Shown here piece after piece: positions 23,552-33,867 of a stretch of DNA of 38,532 bases; the stretch's first letter is position 1; every line of letters begins with the position of its first letter. The stretch comes from a virus. A program made the translations under genes and the position numbers. A model generated the notes under the pieces. The model was not told the origin of the DNA. It did not search any database and worked only from the letters and a program-made list of their open reading frames with translations. The stretch lies in the IMG/VR virus record IMGVR_UViG_3300045988_167100. One strand, 5' to 3'.

Positions 23552-24649
23552 ATGCCAAACAATTTTTTAACACCGCAGATTATTGCAAATGAGGCTTTGA
23601 TGGTTTTACAGGCAAATCTTGTTATGGCCAATCTGGTCCATAAAGATTATTCAAAAGAATTTGTGAAGGTTGGAGACACGATTACAGTAAGAAAACCAGC
23701 GAAGTTCATTGCTAAGAACTTTACAGGAGAAACATCAAACCAGGATGCAACAGAAGGATCAGTACTTGTAAAAATGGACAGATTCCGAGATATTACTGTT
23801 CCGGTAACATCAAAGGAGCTCACGCTGGACATTAAGGATTTCTCAACACAGATTGTCACTCCGGCAATGCAGGCAATCGCACAGGCAATTGATGAAGACC
23901 TTATTGCGGTCGGACTGGAACATGCAAAACACATCGTGAAAGGAAATGCGAGAGCGACAAAGCCGGAAGATATCGGTAATATGGCAAAGCTCTTTGATGT
24001 TGCGAAGGTGCCGTTGGCAAACAGACGTGTTGTTATGCATCCAACACATAAGTATCGCTATGTAATGTCTGATAATATGTCAAAGGTATCAGAATCTGGA
24101 AGCGAGAAAGCTTTGAGAGATGCAGAGATTGGAAAAGTATATTCATTTGATACCTATATGGATCAGAATTGCCCGGATGCACCTGTTGAGACAGGAACAG
24201 CAAACGCATATAAAGTTACTGCAAAGAAAGGCGAGGAAACAGTAAAACTTACAGATGTGGATGCAGCTACAGGCACTGTGAAAAAAGGTGATTCTTTTAT
24301 CGTTGAAGGATATAAATATACAATCGTGGAAGATGCTACTGCGGTGGACGGAACAATTGAAACTGTCAAGATTGACCAGCCACTGCACGCAGATTTCACA
24401 ACAGTGGATGCATTATTGATCAAAGAGCCAAATTCACTGGCATTTCACAGAAACGGAATTGCTCTGGTAACAAGAAATCTTTCGCTTCCTATGGGTGCAT
24501 CAAAAGCATATATTGCATCTGCCAATGGTCTTGGTGTGAGGGTTGTAATCGATTATGACACAAAACATAAGCAGGATACAATTTCGTTTGATATTATCTA
24601 CGGAATCAAGGAACTTGATGAAGAGATGATTGGAAAGATCAAGGGCTAA
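23552..24649 (+). CDS. Major capsid protein
   Basis: 365 aa. N-terminal LTPQIIANEALMVLQANLVMANLVHKDYSKEF..GDTITVRKP is typical of P22-coat-like / HK97-fold capsid proteins. Position fits. Confidence 0.8.
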   Translation: MPNNFLTPQIIANEALMVLQANLVMANLVHKDYSKEFVKVGDTITVRKPAKFIAKNFTGETSNQDATEGSVLVKMDRFRDITVPVTSKELTLDIKDFSTQIVTPAMQAIAQAIDEDLIAVGLEHAKHIVKGNARATKPEDIGNMAKLFDVAKVPLANRRVVMHPTHKYRYVMSDNMSKVSESGSEKALRDAEIGKVYSFDTYMDQNCPDAPVETGTANAYKVTAKKGEETVKLTDVDAATGTVKKGDSFIVEGYKYTIVEDATAVDGTIETVKIDQPLHADFTTVDALLIKEPNSLAFHRNGIALVTRNLSLPMGASKAYIASANGLGVRVVIDYDTKHKQDTISFDIIYGIKELDEEMIGKIKG

Positions 24650-24651
24650 AT

Positions 24652-25071
24652 ATGGGATACACATCATACGACTTCTACAGGCAGAAATATTTTGGTGAAA
24701 GTGTAAGTGAGACAGAGTTTCCAAAATGGAATGAGAGAGCCAGCGATAAGCTTGATTTTCTTACCTCCGGAAACATCAGGAAGATTGGATACGCGCAGCT
24801 TGAAGAATTTGCCAGAGAGCAGATACAGAAAGCTGTGTGTAGACTGGCTGACGAAATGCAGGCTATTGAAAAACGTACAGCAGAATATGACGCAGGAAAA
24901 GTAATCAAGTCACATTCGGCAGGAAGTGAAAGCATTAGCTTTGAGGTAGGAAAAAATAAATTAGATGCTATCCTCACAAGCCAGGAGAAGCAGAATATGT
25001 ATCTTTTGGCAGCAGCCGAAGAGTATTTACAGAATGTAAGCCCAAATCTGTTTTACAGAGGATATGAGTAA
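24652..25071 (+). CDS. Head-tail connector/adaptor protein (putative)
   Basis: Position directly after the capsid gene. 139 aa. Confidence 0.5.
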   Translation: MGYTSYDFYRQKYFGESVSETEFPKWNERASDKLDFLTSGNIRKIGYAQLEEFAREQIQKAVCRLADEMQAIEKRTAEYDAGKVIKSHSAGSESISFEVGKNKLDAILTSQEKQNMYLLAAAEEYLQNVSPNLFYRGYE

Positions 25072-25078
25072 AAAGCAA

Positions 25079-25119
25079 AGACCAATGGATGATCTACAGA
25101 TTTGAAATTGGTCTTTTTT
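25079..25119 (+). terminator. Possible attenuating terminator after the head genes
   Basis: agaccaat-(20 nt)-attggtct followed by ttttt. The large loop makes it weak. Confidence 0.35.
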
Positions 25120-25131
25120 AAAAGGAGAGTC

Positions 25132-25581
25132 ATGTATACAGATACAATCACAGTATTCAATCAGCAGAAGGTAAAAAAGCAAATTACATGGTATCCAACA
25201 GTGATCCGCGGAGTAGAGTTACAGATTACTGCCGGACGGAATAGAAGCACAACAGGATTGGAAAATGCGGATTCTGCCAAAGTATTCATAAAATATGAAA
25301 ATAGCAATGGAAAGATGCTGGTTGAAACTTCGCAGGGAGAGAAAAGAGAGTATTTAAAACCAAAGTCATGGAACGATTATACCGAGAAAAATCAGGCTTT
25401 CACGTTTCAGGAGGGGATAGATTTCTTTATTCAGGGCGAGTATCAGGAAGAGGCAATCATGGATGCTGACTATGAAGATGGGTTCTTAAGCTATGTGAGT
25501 GATCGTTATGATGATTTATTCCTTGTAAATAAAGCAGATTTATATAAGACAATCCCGCATTTGGAGATTGGAGGCAGGTAA
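25132..25581 (+). CDS. Head-tail joining / minor capsid family protein
   Basis: ATG behind AAAGGAGAG. Call is by position. Confidence 0.5.
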   Translation: MYTDTITVFNQQKVKKQITWYPTVIRGVELQITAGRNRSTTGLENADSAKVFIKYENSNGKMLVETSQGEKREYLKPKSWNDYTEKNQAFTFQEGIDFFIQGEYQEEAIMDADYEDGFLSYVSDRYDDLFLVNKADLYKTIPHLEIGGR

Positions 25582-26033
25582 TGGCCAAAGGGTTTAAAGC
25601 GCAGCATTTTGAAGATTACAGTATCGTTAAAGGTAATGTTAAGGTCAAGCTGAATTTGAAACAATATGGTGAAAAACTCCAAAAAGCCCAATATTGGTTA
25701 GATGGTCAGATCATGAATGATATGGAACCGTACATGCCAATACAAACAGGTAACTTTATACAAATGACAAAGGCAAGAAGTGTGGCGTTGCAGGGAACTG
25801 GAAAAGTATGTGCTGGGGCTCCACCAATGGGAAGATTTCTATATGGTGGAAAAGTCATGATCGGTGAGATAAGCAAAAGTCCATGGGCTATGGAGGGAGA
25901 AACTAAAATTTTAACAGATAAAAACTTGAAATATGGACTTGTTGAGGCAACACCACAATGGTTTGAGACTGCCAGAAAAAACCATATGGACGACTGGTTG
26001 AAAGGTATAGAAAACATTCTGAAAGGAAATTGA
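25581..26033 (+). CDS. Head-tail joining / minor capsid family protein
   Basis: Overlapping start and stop. Call is by position. Confidence 0.5.
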   Translation: MAKGFKAQHFEDYSIVKGNVKVKLNLKQYGEKLQKAQYWLDGQIMNDMEPYMPIQTGNFIQMTKARSVALQGTGKVCAGAPPMGRFLYGGKVMIGEISKSPWAMEGETKILTDKNLKYGLVEATPQWFETARKNHMDDWLKGIENILKGN

Positions 26034-26548
26034 TCATGGAAAAAGAACAGCTCAAAAATGATATTGAAGGTCAGAAAGCAATAACGAACGCATTAATGGA
26101 CCTTTTAAATGAATATCCGGTACTGAAAAGTACTCAGAGCATAGATTTTTCTTTTCTGGAGGAATCAAAAGGAATTGCATTTTATGCTTTGGGCGGTGCG
26201 GTTATTATCTCGGACAAAGAAAGTGTAACCGGTAATGTGGAATTGAAATGTCAGTATCCATTTACTGTCGTGTTCCGCGATAAGCCGGTGAGAGAGAACA
26301 GAAGAGTTGAGATTTGCACTTTTCTTGATAATCTTGGCAGGTGGTTAGAAATGCAGCCAATACCAACAGAGGACGGAATGCAGCAGTTGACAGAATACCC
26401 GGAGCTGACAGAAGGAAGAAAGATAACACAGATTCAGCGGACGACACCGGCACACTTGGACGGAAGGACAGAGGCAGGAGTTGAGAACTGGATCATAGGA
26501 TTAAATTTACTGTATGAACAGGAATATGAAAAGGAGTGGATTTTATGA
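26030..26548 (+). CDS. Tail completion / minor capsid family protein
   Basis: Call is by position. Confidence 0.45.
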   Translation: MIMEKEQLKNDIEGQKAITNALMDLLNEYPVLKSTQSIDFSFLEESKGIAFYALGGAVIISDKESVTGNVELKCQYPFTVVFRDKPVRENRRVEICTFLDNLGRWLEMQPIPTEDGMQQLTEYPELTEGRKITQIQRTTPAHLDGRTEAGVENWIIGLNLLYEQEYEKEWIL

Positions 26549-27045
26549 AATTAGCAAGAAAATGTTTTGCACAGTACTTAGACAGTACATTTGATGTAAC
26601 AAAAAGCTCACCGGCATGGTTCCTGGTGGGTAAGAATGTAGATGAAATGTCTACAGAACTTAACCCGGATGTGACCGTAGGACAGGATGTAACAGGAGAA
26701 AACTATACAGAGGACAATGGATATACACCGTCCGTGGAAGTAGATCCTTATTATGCAAATCCTTCCGATGGAGCTTTTTACGAGAAGCTTGTGGATATCG
26801 CAATGAACCGTAAGGTTGATGATAACTGCAGAACATTCATCCTGGAGGTGCTTGTAGAGGATACAGAAGCCGAGACACATAAAGCATGGATGGAAGAGGT
26901 TATTGTGAAACCAAAATCAATTGGTGGAAAGGCAAATGTAAGTATTCCATATACCGTAAATTACGCAGGAAACCGTGTTGAGGGTACCGTGACAATCAAA
27001 AATAAAGTACCAACTTTCACGGCGAAAACGGCATTACCAGCATAA
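26536..27045 (+). CDS. Major tail protein (putative)
   Basis: 169 aa, immediately upstream of the chaperone pair and tape measure. Followed by the stable hairpin ggtggcag-(8 nt)-ctgccacc at 27081..27104. Confidence 0.6.
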   Translation: MDFMKLARKCFAQYLDSTFDVTKSSPAWFLVGKNVDEMSTELNPDVTVGQDVTGENYTEDNGYTPSVEVDPYYANPSDGAFYEKLVDIAMNRKVDDNCRTFILEVLVEDTEAETHKAWMEEVIVKPKSIGGKANVSIPYTVNYAGNRVEGTVTIKNKVPTFTAKTALPA

Positions 27046-27127
27046 GGTATTAGGCAGACGCTTAATATATAACACGTGTGGGTGGCAGTGCCTATGCTGC
27101 CACCTAAATTCATAGGAGGACGAGACA

Positions 27128-27595
27128 ATGAGTAATAAGAACAGAAAAGTAAGAAATTTCAATGGAAACAATAACAGCATGGAACTTACGGTAGATACCG
27201 GTGTGCGCACTTATATTATTAAAAACACACAGGGACGGCAGATCGGTGAATTAGTATTTAATCCGACAGATACAGATATTATCAGCAGATATGAAACGGT
27301 GATCGGCCGGATCGGCGAAATTGAGACGGTGATCAGGGATAATCCGGGTGCGCAGGGAGTAATGCTGGTATCGGATAAAATAAAGCAGGAAATTGACTAT
27401 ATTATCAATGGTGACTCTACAGCGGCGTTTTTCAAAGAGCAGAGTCCATTGACCACGATTAATGGAAAATTCTACTTTGAAAATGTTTTAGAGACAATTG
27501 CGAAGGTTATCACCAGGGAATTTAACATAGAAGTGAATAAGATAAAGAAACATATGCAGAGATACACCGGTTCCTATATGCCGGGAAAAATTTGA
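27128..27595 (+). CDS. Tail assembly chaperone (G-like)
   Basis: Position between the major tail and tape measure genes. Ends in the slippery heptamer. Confidence 0.7.
   Translation: MSNKNRKVRNFNGNNNSMELTVDTGVRTYIIKNTQGRQIGELVFNPTDTDIISRYETVIGRIGEIETVIRDNPGAQGVMLVSDKIKQEIDYIINGDSTAAFFKEQSPLTTINGKFYFENVLETIAKVITREFNIEVNKIKKHMQRYTGSYMPGKI
27583..27589 (+). promoter_or_regulatory. -1 programmed ribosomal frameshift site G_GGA_AAA
   Basis: Zero frame reads ccG GGA AAA att tga. A -1 slip reads GGG AAA AAT TTG AGT..., which is exactly the frame of ORF 27592..28152. Confidence 0.75.
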
Positions 27596-28152
27596 GTATA
27601 GGAACCTTGCCACAGACTTTAAAGGTTGGCGGCAGGGATTGGAGGATACGCACGGATTTCAGGGACATATTAAAGATTTTTGAGGCAATGAATGACAGAG
27701 AATTAGAGCATGAAGAGAAAATATATACCATGCTCTATATTCTTTATCCAGACCTTGAAAAGATGCCTGTAAGGCTTTATCAGGAGGCAGCAGAACAGGC
27801 AAACTGGTTCATAGATGCAGGAACACAGGATGATGAAGGTGAAAATGTCCGGAAAATGGACTGGACACAGGATGAACCGATTATTTTCCCGGCAGTCAAT
27901 GCAGTTGCAGGAAGAGAGACCAGAGCCGAGAAGTATATGCATTGGTGGACCTTCCTTGGATATTTTATGGAGATCCGGGAGGGTGTTTTTGCAACAGTTG
28001 TCCGTATCCGAACGAAAAAGCTGGAGGGAAAAACTCTTGATAAATGGGAAAAGGAGTTTTACCGGAAGAATAAAAAAATCTGTGACCTGATCGTTGAAAA
28101 GACGGAGCAGGAGAAACAGGAAGAGCAGGAAATTAACAATTTATTAGGATAG
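27592..28152 (+). CDS. Gp15-like tail chaperone, probably expressed as a G-T frameshift fusion
   Basis: WRIRTDFRDILKIFEAMND...EKIYTMLYILY resembles the Listeria A118 Gp15 family. It lies in the -1 frame relative to the upstream chaperone. Confidence 0.65.
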   Translation: MSIGTLPQTLKVGGRDWRIRTDFRDILKIFEAMNDRELEHEEKIYTMLYILYPDLEKMPVRLYQEAAEQANWFIDAGTQDDEGENVRKMDWTQDEPIIFPAVNAVAGRETRAEKYMHWWTFLGYFMEIREGVFATVVRIRTKKLEGKTLDKWEKEFYRKNKKICDLIVEKTEQEKQEEQEINNLLG

Positions 28153-28157
28153 GTCAG

Positions 28158-28172
28158 AGAGCCTTTGAGCCG
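28158..28172 (+). repeat. Orphan AGAGCC-TTT-GAGCC box without a terminator 3' arm
   Basis: agagcctttgagccg matches the 5' boxes of T1/T2. It is followed by the ccgcct-atgata-aggtgg hairpin, which includes the tape-measure SD. Confidence 0.6.
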
Positions 28173-28194
28173 CCTATGATAAGGTGGTGAAAAG

Positions 28195-30600
28195 GTGGGA
28201 AAAATTGGCGAGGAAATTGTCGAAACTGGAATAGACAATTCAAAGTTTGTAAAAGGTGCAAATGAATTAAAAAGCATCGTTGAGCGACTGATCAATTCGT
28301 TAAATAAATCAAGTAATAAAATAAAACAGTCTTTTTCACAGGGGTTCTCAAGTGATGGGTTGGAGAAAGTTTGGGGAGAATTTGACAATCTTTCGCAAAA
28401 GGTAAATGAGTATAAAGAACGTTTAAAAATTCTGAAGGATGAAAAAGGTCTTGGATTTGGTGATTCAGAATATAATCACACATATCAACAGTTGGTTCTT
28501 GCACAACAGGAATTAATAAATTATAAGAGAAACCTTGAAAGAACGGCAGCAGAGGAACGTACACAGATTGGTATATTACCGTCATTAGCAAATGGTTTTC
28601 GGATGTTGAGAGATTCTGCGGCAGCAGTACCCGGAAGACTTTTAAATATTGCAAAGAGTGCGCCGTCTGCAATGCTTCGGGGCATAGCAAAGGCGGGGAC
28701 GAGTGCAGCGAAAGCGGTTGGACAACTTGCGCTGAGAATGACAGGACTGCCGGGGTTATTTAAGAATCTGAAAAACCGATCAAGCGGGCTTGGCAGCAGT
28801 ATTTTTAAACTTGGGAATATGTTTAAACTTCTTGTTGCCAGAATGGGGATGCAGGCTGTAATCAATGGGGTGAAGCAGGGATTTCAGAACCTTGCACAAT
28901 ATTCTTCCAGTGCGAATGCTGACATATCTGCACTGATGTCTGCATTAACGCAGCTTAAAAATAGTCTTGCATCCGCATTTGCTCCATTGTTGTCGGTGGT
29001 AAGCCCGATATTGACAAGTTTTATCAACCAATTATCGGCTGCAATTTCCAAAGTAGGACAGTTTATAGCAGCGATTACCGGAAAGAGTACATTTACACAG
29101 GCAACAGCCGTTCAGCAGAACTATGCAAAGTCATTAAACAATACAGCGAACGCGGCAAAAAAGGCGGCAAATTCGCTGTATTCGTTCGATGAACTAAATG
29201 TAATTGATAATAAAGATTCAGATTCTGGAAGCGGCTCTGGTGGAACTGTATCACCATCAGAAATGTTTGAGGAAGTTCCGATTGAGAGTGATGTGCAGTC
29301 TTTTGCGGACAGGTTAAAAGCAGCATTTGAGGCTGGAGATTTCTATGGTTTAGGTGCGATAATCGGGCAGAAACTGAATGAAGCACTGGAAAGTATTGAA
29401 TGGACCGGCATTCAGGAAAAAGCCAGAAATATTGCAAATAATATTGCAACCTTTATAAACGGATTTTTAGAGACAGTAGACTGGAATCTCGTTGGTTCTA
29501 CGATAGCCAATGGACTTAATACGATCGTTTACTTTCTGGAAGAATTTGTTACTACGCTTCATTGGGAATCAGTAGGAACGGCGATTTATCAGACCTTAAA
29601 TGGTTTTATTGCGACAGTGGACTGGGGTGCTATTGGGAATACAATTGGCACAGGCCTTAAGGGAATTCTTACGATCATCTACACAACGTTGGAGGGACTT
29701 GATTGGAAATCGTTGGCGGATGGTGTGTATACATTTCTTACCAATGTTGACTGGAGTGGTATTTCATCTGCACTTTTCGAATCAATAGGTTCATTGATAG
29801 GTGGTATTATTGCATTTCTGATTGAACTTATCGCTGATTTCGGAACAGATTTATACGAAGCATATTTTGCAAATGGAGAAGATGGCATCCAGGGATTTTT
29901 AGATGGAATGTGGGCGTTGCTGCAGGATATCGGCACATGGATATATGACCATATGATAAATCCACTTATTACAGGAGTTAAGAATGCTCTTGGTATCCAT
30001 TCGCCGTCGACAGTATTCCGGGATATAGGTATTTATCTGATGCAGGGATTCCAAAATGGAATTAAATCACTTGTTACACCGGTTTTAAATACATTCTCGA
30101 ATTTGAAAACCAAAATTCTGGATATATTCAATAAATTGAAAACAAGTGTATTCGGTGTGATTAATGGTCTGCTTTCAGGAATAGAAACCATGTGCAATGG
30201 TGTTGTATCTGGCGTTAATAAATGCATAGAGGCATTGAATGGATTGAGTTTTACGATACCAGACTGGGTGCCGGTATTCGGTGGAAAATCATGGAGTATG
30301 AGTATCCCAACGCTGAGAGAGGTTAAGCTGCCTCGACTTGCAACCGGAACTGTTGTACCAAAGCAGGCAGGTGAATTTGCCGCGATTCTTGGGGATAACA
30401 ATCGGGAGACGGAAGTTGTTTCACCATTATCAACAATTCGTCAGGCACTCAGGGAGGAACTTGATTCTTCAGAAAGAGATGTGAATGTATATATTGTTGC
30501 TGAAGGAGATGAAGCAGGATTTATGAGATATATTAAATATTCATATGATAAAGAATCACAGCGTGTAGGTACAGATTTTACAAAGGTGGAGCCAGCATGA
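28195..30600 (+). CDS. Tape measure protein
   Basis: 801 aa. Ala/Gly/Ser-rich helical and hydrophobic repeats. Position after the chaperone pair. GTG start 7 nt after AAGGTGG. Confidence 0.85.
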   Translation: MGKIGEEIVETGIDNSKFVKGANELKSIVERLINSLNKSSNKIKQSFSQGFSSDGLEKVWGEFDNLSQKVNEYKERLKILKDEKGLGFGDSEYNHTYQQLVLAQQELINYKRNLERTAAEERTQIGILPSLANGFRMLRDSAAAVPGRLLNIAKSAPSAMLRGIAKAGTSAAKAVGQLALRMTGLPGLFKNLKNRSSGLGSSIFKLGNMFKLLVARMGMQAVINGVKQGFQNLAQYSSSANADISALMSALTQLKNSLASAFAPLLSVVSPILTSFINQLSAAISKVGQFIAAITGKSTFTQATAVQQNYAKSLNNTANAAKKAANSLYSFDELNVIDNKDSDSGSGSGGTVSPSEMFEEVPIESDVQSFADRLKAAFEAGDFYGLGAIIGQKLNEALESIEWTGIQEKARNIANNIATFINGFLETVDWNLVGSTIANGLNTIVYFLEEFVTTLHWESVGTAIYQTLNGFIATVDWGAIGNTIGTGLKGILTIIYTTLEGLDWKSLADGVYTFLTNVDWSGISSALFESIGSLIGGIIAFLIELIADFGTDLYEAYFANGEDGIQGFLDGMWALLQDIGTWIYDHMINPLITGVKNALGIHSPSTVFRDIGIYLMQGFQNGIKSLVTPVLNTFSNLKTKILDIFNKLKTSVFGVINGLLSGIETMCNGVVSGVNKCIEALNGLSFTIPDWVPVFGGKSWSMSIPTLREVKLPRLATGTVVPKQAGEFAAILGDNNRETEVVSPLSTIRQALREELDSSERDVNVYIVAEGDEAGFMRYIKYSYDKESQRVGTDFTKVEPA

Positions 30601-31001
30601 TAAAGATAGATGGAAAACAGTATGATGTACCAATAACGGAATTGGGACTGGATGTAGAATTTCAGTATAAGTTTGCAGAGAGAAATGAAAAATATGAATT
30701 GAATTATGAACTTGGCGCAGTGTTTTACAACCAGTCTATAACATTTGCCACTACGGATACAACGAATAAAGACTTTGTTGCACTGGTGCAACTTTTAAGC
30801 ACGAAGAGCAGTATTGATGATGGTACCGGTCATGAAGTAGAAATAAGGACACCTATGGGGAAAATGGTATTTCTTATGTATCCAAACAAACTTTCAATGA
30901 AGATGAAGAATACAATTAATAAAGACACAAATGAAGAATATACGAAGTGGGGCGGGTTCACAGTGAAGTTTATAGCGATTAAACCAGCAGAAAGATGGTA
31001 A
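30597..31001 (+). CDS. Distal tail component (putative)
   Basis: Call is by position after the tape measure. 134 aa is short for a classical Dit. Confidence 0.4.
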   Translation: MIKIDGKQYDVPITELGLDVEFQYKFAERNEKYELNYELGAVFYNQSITFATTDTTNKDFVALVQLLSTKSSIDDGTGHEVEIRTPMGKMVFLMYPNKLSMKMKNTINKDTNEEYTKWGGFTVKFIAIKPAERW

Positions 31002-32743
31002 GTATGAAGAAAATGCAAAGAACAAGCTGTAGCGCACATATGAAATTTATCGATGTAACAGCATTATCAGATGCAAGCGTGGCTACAGATGATAACCAGT
31101 CCATTGGAAATCTTGAATCTTTGGAAGTTGAGACAGATCAGGCGGATTATGGGACATTTGAATTAAACCAATTTGTGTTGGATGGAAATAAGAATGTTAT
31201 GCCGGATTTACCGGGCGACATTGTATTTTGGAGTGTTGGACAGTCGGGAGAGGACTGTTTATTTCAGAAAAATCCTAGACTTACGATTACTTTTAGTGCA
31301 CAGCATTCATCGGCCGGAATTACATTATATTTTGCAGATGAACATCCTGCGGAGCTGACAATTACCTGGTATACATTATCTGGCAGTAAGTTGGATCAAA
31401 AAACATTTTATCCCGATAATTTGGTATATGCATGTGTTCATCAAGTCGCAAATTATGGAAAAGTTGTAATTGAATTTGTCAGGACAAGGTTGCCAAAGAG
31501 ATATATAAAACTACGATATATTTTATATGGACGCTACATTGAATGGACTGGCGATGTGATCAAGACTGCCAAGATACATGAGGAGATTAACGAGATCAGT
31601 ACTACATTATCCATTAACACAGCAAGCATATCAATATTGGATGCTAAAAACGATTTTGATATCAGTAATGAAAATGGATCTTGGAGGTCTGTACAGAAAA
31701 CACAGGAAGTAACCTTTACGGAGAACAAAGATGGTGTAGACATTCCGGTAGGAACTTTTTTCATTGATACATCGGATTTTAAAAATAATACAGCAAGTTT
31801 CAAATTGAACGACAGAATTGGTCTGATGGATAATTATACGTTTTATAACGGGAAAATGTACACGAATGTACTGGCAGGAAAATTATTAGAAGAAATATTT
31901 GCGTGTGCAGCAGTAACAAAATTCATCATCGATGAAGAGGTATACAATACAAAATTAAATGGTTATTTGGCTGTACAGTCATGCAGAGCAGCCCTTCAGA
32001 TGATATGTTTCGCGTGTGCGGCAGTTGCGGATGACAGCAGGAGTGATGTTATTCGGGTTTTTAAACCAGATCGCTATGTCAGTTCAACAATTGATACAGA
32101 AAGAAAATTCAATAATAAATCAAATGTAAAATTGGATGAGTATGTATCAGGGGTTTCTATTGAATGTGGGAAATATGATTTAGAAACCGAAGATTCAGAC
32201 ATTTTTAAGGATAATCTTCCAAAGGGAAAATCAAGAATAACATTTTCAGAACCATGTGATCCAGAATCATTGAAATTATCAAACGGAGCTTTTATAGAAA
32301 TGCATACAAATTATGTGGTTGTTCAAATGGAGACAACCGGTGCATGCGTGATCACAGGCAAAAGATATAAAAAAACTACATTTTCATATACGAAAAATGT
32401 GGATCATATTGAAGCAGGGGAATCCGAAAATACCAAGAAAATAGGGACAATCACACTGTACAACATGGAATACTTAGATATTGTCGCTGAAAAGTTACTA
32501 TCATATTATGCATTAAGAAAAATCCTCAGTATGAAATATATTTTGAATACAGAGAGCGTGAGTAATTGGGTAAATGTGGTAGACAAGAATAGTAATATTG
32601 CAACTACGTTGATTGAGCAGCAGGATATAGACCTGACAGGAGGATTTATCGCAACGGCAACGTGCCGAGGATATTCAGTAGTTGTTACGGAAAATTACTT
32701 TGCTGGAGTTGAATTATATACGGGAGGAGATGTGCTGATCTGA
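30995..32743 (+). CDS. Tail-associated / baseplate protein (putative Tal-like)
   Basis: 582 aa, by position. Alternative start ATG 31004. Confidence 0.5.
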   Translation: MVSMKKMQRTSCSAHMKFIDVTALSDASVATDDNQSIGNLESLEVETDQADYGTFELNQFVLDGNKNVMPDLPGDIVFWSVGQSGEDCLFQKNPRLTITFSAQHSSAGITLYFADEHPAELTITWYTLSGSKLDQKTFYPDNLVYACVHQVANYGKVVIEFVRTRLPKRYIKLRYILYGRYIEWTGDVIKTAKIHEEINEISTTLSINTASISILDAKNDFDISNENGSWRSVQKTQEVTFTENKDGVDIPVGTFFIDTSDFKNNTASFKLNDRIGLMDNYTFYNGKMYTNVLAGKLLEEIFACAAVTKFIIDEEVYNTKLNGYLAVQSCRAALQMICFACAAVADDSRSDVIRVFKPDRYVSSTIDTERKFNNKSNVKLDEYVSGVSIECGKYDLETEDSDIFKDNLPKGKSRITFSEPCDPESLKLSNGAFIEMHTNYVVVQMETTGACVITGKRYKKTTFSYTKNVDHIEAGESENTKKIGTITLYNMEYLDIVAEKLLSYYALRKILSMKYILNTESVSNWVNVVDKNSNIATTLIEQQDIDLTGGFIATATCRGYSVVVTENYFAGVELYTGGDVLI

Positions 32744-32907
32744 TGAATTACAATCCAATTAATCCTTATTACGACGAACTCAGAAAAGAAAATCTGAAGC
32801 TCGCAAAGGAAAATGAAGCTTTAAAAGAAGAAAATGAACGTCTGAAAAGTGAGGTGGTTGCTTATGCTGGTGTGGATGCAGACAGTGACGGACCGGTCAC
32901 AGAGTGA
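32743..32907 (+). CDS. Small coiled-coil protein (54 aa)
   Basis: ATGA overlap with the upstream stop. Hand translation MNYNPINPYYDELRKENLKLAKENEALKEENERLKSEV... Confidence 0.45.
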   Translation: MNYNPINPYYDELRKENLKLAKENEALKEENERLKSEVVAYAGVDADSDGPVTE

Positions 32908-33325
32908 TGTTGATCGTGTGTTGGAGTTACTGCAGAAGGGATGGGAAAGATTTAGCACAGACGAAAAAACAGAATGGCTTGCCGGGATGAAAGGCGCACT
33001 GAACCGGTCGGATATGGAAAGAATCCAGAACAACACGCAGCTGCTTTCTGATGTGCTTGAACTTAATCTTGCAGTTGCAGACGTACCAGAACACCCAAAT
33101 GAGACATTTCATACAGCAGTGCTGCATAACACGGAGATTATAAGAAATGCATATATGATTCATTCTGACACGCCACAGACACCGAGTATGCCAGTCAACA
33201 CATATCAGAAAATGAATGATATAGAGAAAATACTAGATGATGTGTACGGTATTTTACTTAACAATTTCAATTATTACTGTGGATCAGAGATATATGCCGG
33301 AGATGATACCGGACTATTATTATAA
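32864..33325 (+). CDS. Tail fibre-associated protein
   Basis: The TDRSQSDVDRV...LNRSDMERIQNN pattern recurs in Firmicutes phage fibre modules. ATG sits 6 nt after GAGGTGG. Confidence 0.45.
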   Translation: MLVWMQTVTDRSQSDVDRVLELLQKGWERFSTDEKTEWLAGMKGALNRSDMERIQNNTQLLSDVLELNLAVADVPEHPNETFHTAVLHNTEIIRNAYMIHSDTPQTPSMPVNTYQKMNDIEKILDDVYGILLNNFNYYCGSEIYAGDDTGLLL

Positions 33326-33347
33326 TTATAGGAAGAGAGGACATATT

Positions 33348-33845
33348 ATGGGATTTACAAAGAAAACATGGAAAAATAGAATTGCAGAGTATATTAATCG
33401 CAGACTGATTACGATGGAAGATGGCAGCACAAATCTTGTGACAGTTGCAAGGGATGAGGGCACAATCTCGCAGGAGGGTGATGCTTTTAATGCTGCAAAC
33501 ATGAATGATCTGGAAGATAGAATTGAGGCGGGGTTCGCGGATGTCTCCCAGAGTTTAAAGTGGTCTAATGTTGAAATTGTATCTGATTCAGATTTTGAGG
33601 TTGAATTTGCAAAATATGGAGCTCTCGGTTTTATAAGCGTTGTCAGAAATAATAATGGAACTGCAAATGTTGACAAAGTAATTTCATTCCCTACTGAATA
33701 TGATCCATTATCAATAATATCTGTTGCAAATTATTCGTCATATCGTGAGGCTTTTATTGAATTAAGTGAAAATAAGTTGCGAATATATGCTACCCAAGGT
33801 CATTGGGTAAGAATAACCGCTTTATATCCACTCAAAAATAAATAA
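33348..33845 (+). CDS. Receptor-binding / tail fibre tip protein (putative)
   Basis: N-terminal GFTKKTWKNRIAEY...GDAFNAANMNDLEDRIE is typical of Gram-positive phage fibre N-termini. ATG behind GAAGAGAGG. Confidence 0.55.
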   Translation: MGFTKKTWKNRIAEYINRRLITMEDGSTNLVTVARDEGTISQEGDAFNAANMNDLEDRIEAGFADVSQSLKWSNVEIVSDSDFEVEFAKYGALGFISVVRNNNGTANVDKVISFPTEYDPLSIISVANYSSYREAFIELSENKLRIYATQGHWVRITALYPLKNK

Positions 33846-33867
33846 GTCCTAATTATATTTTAATCAT

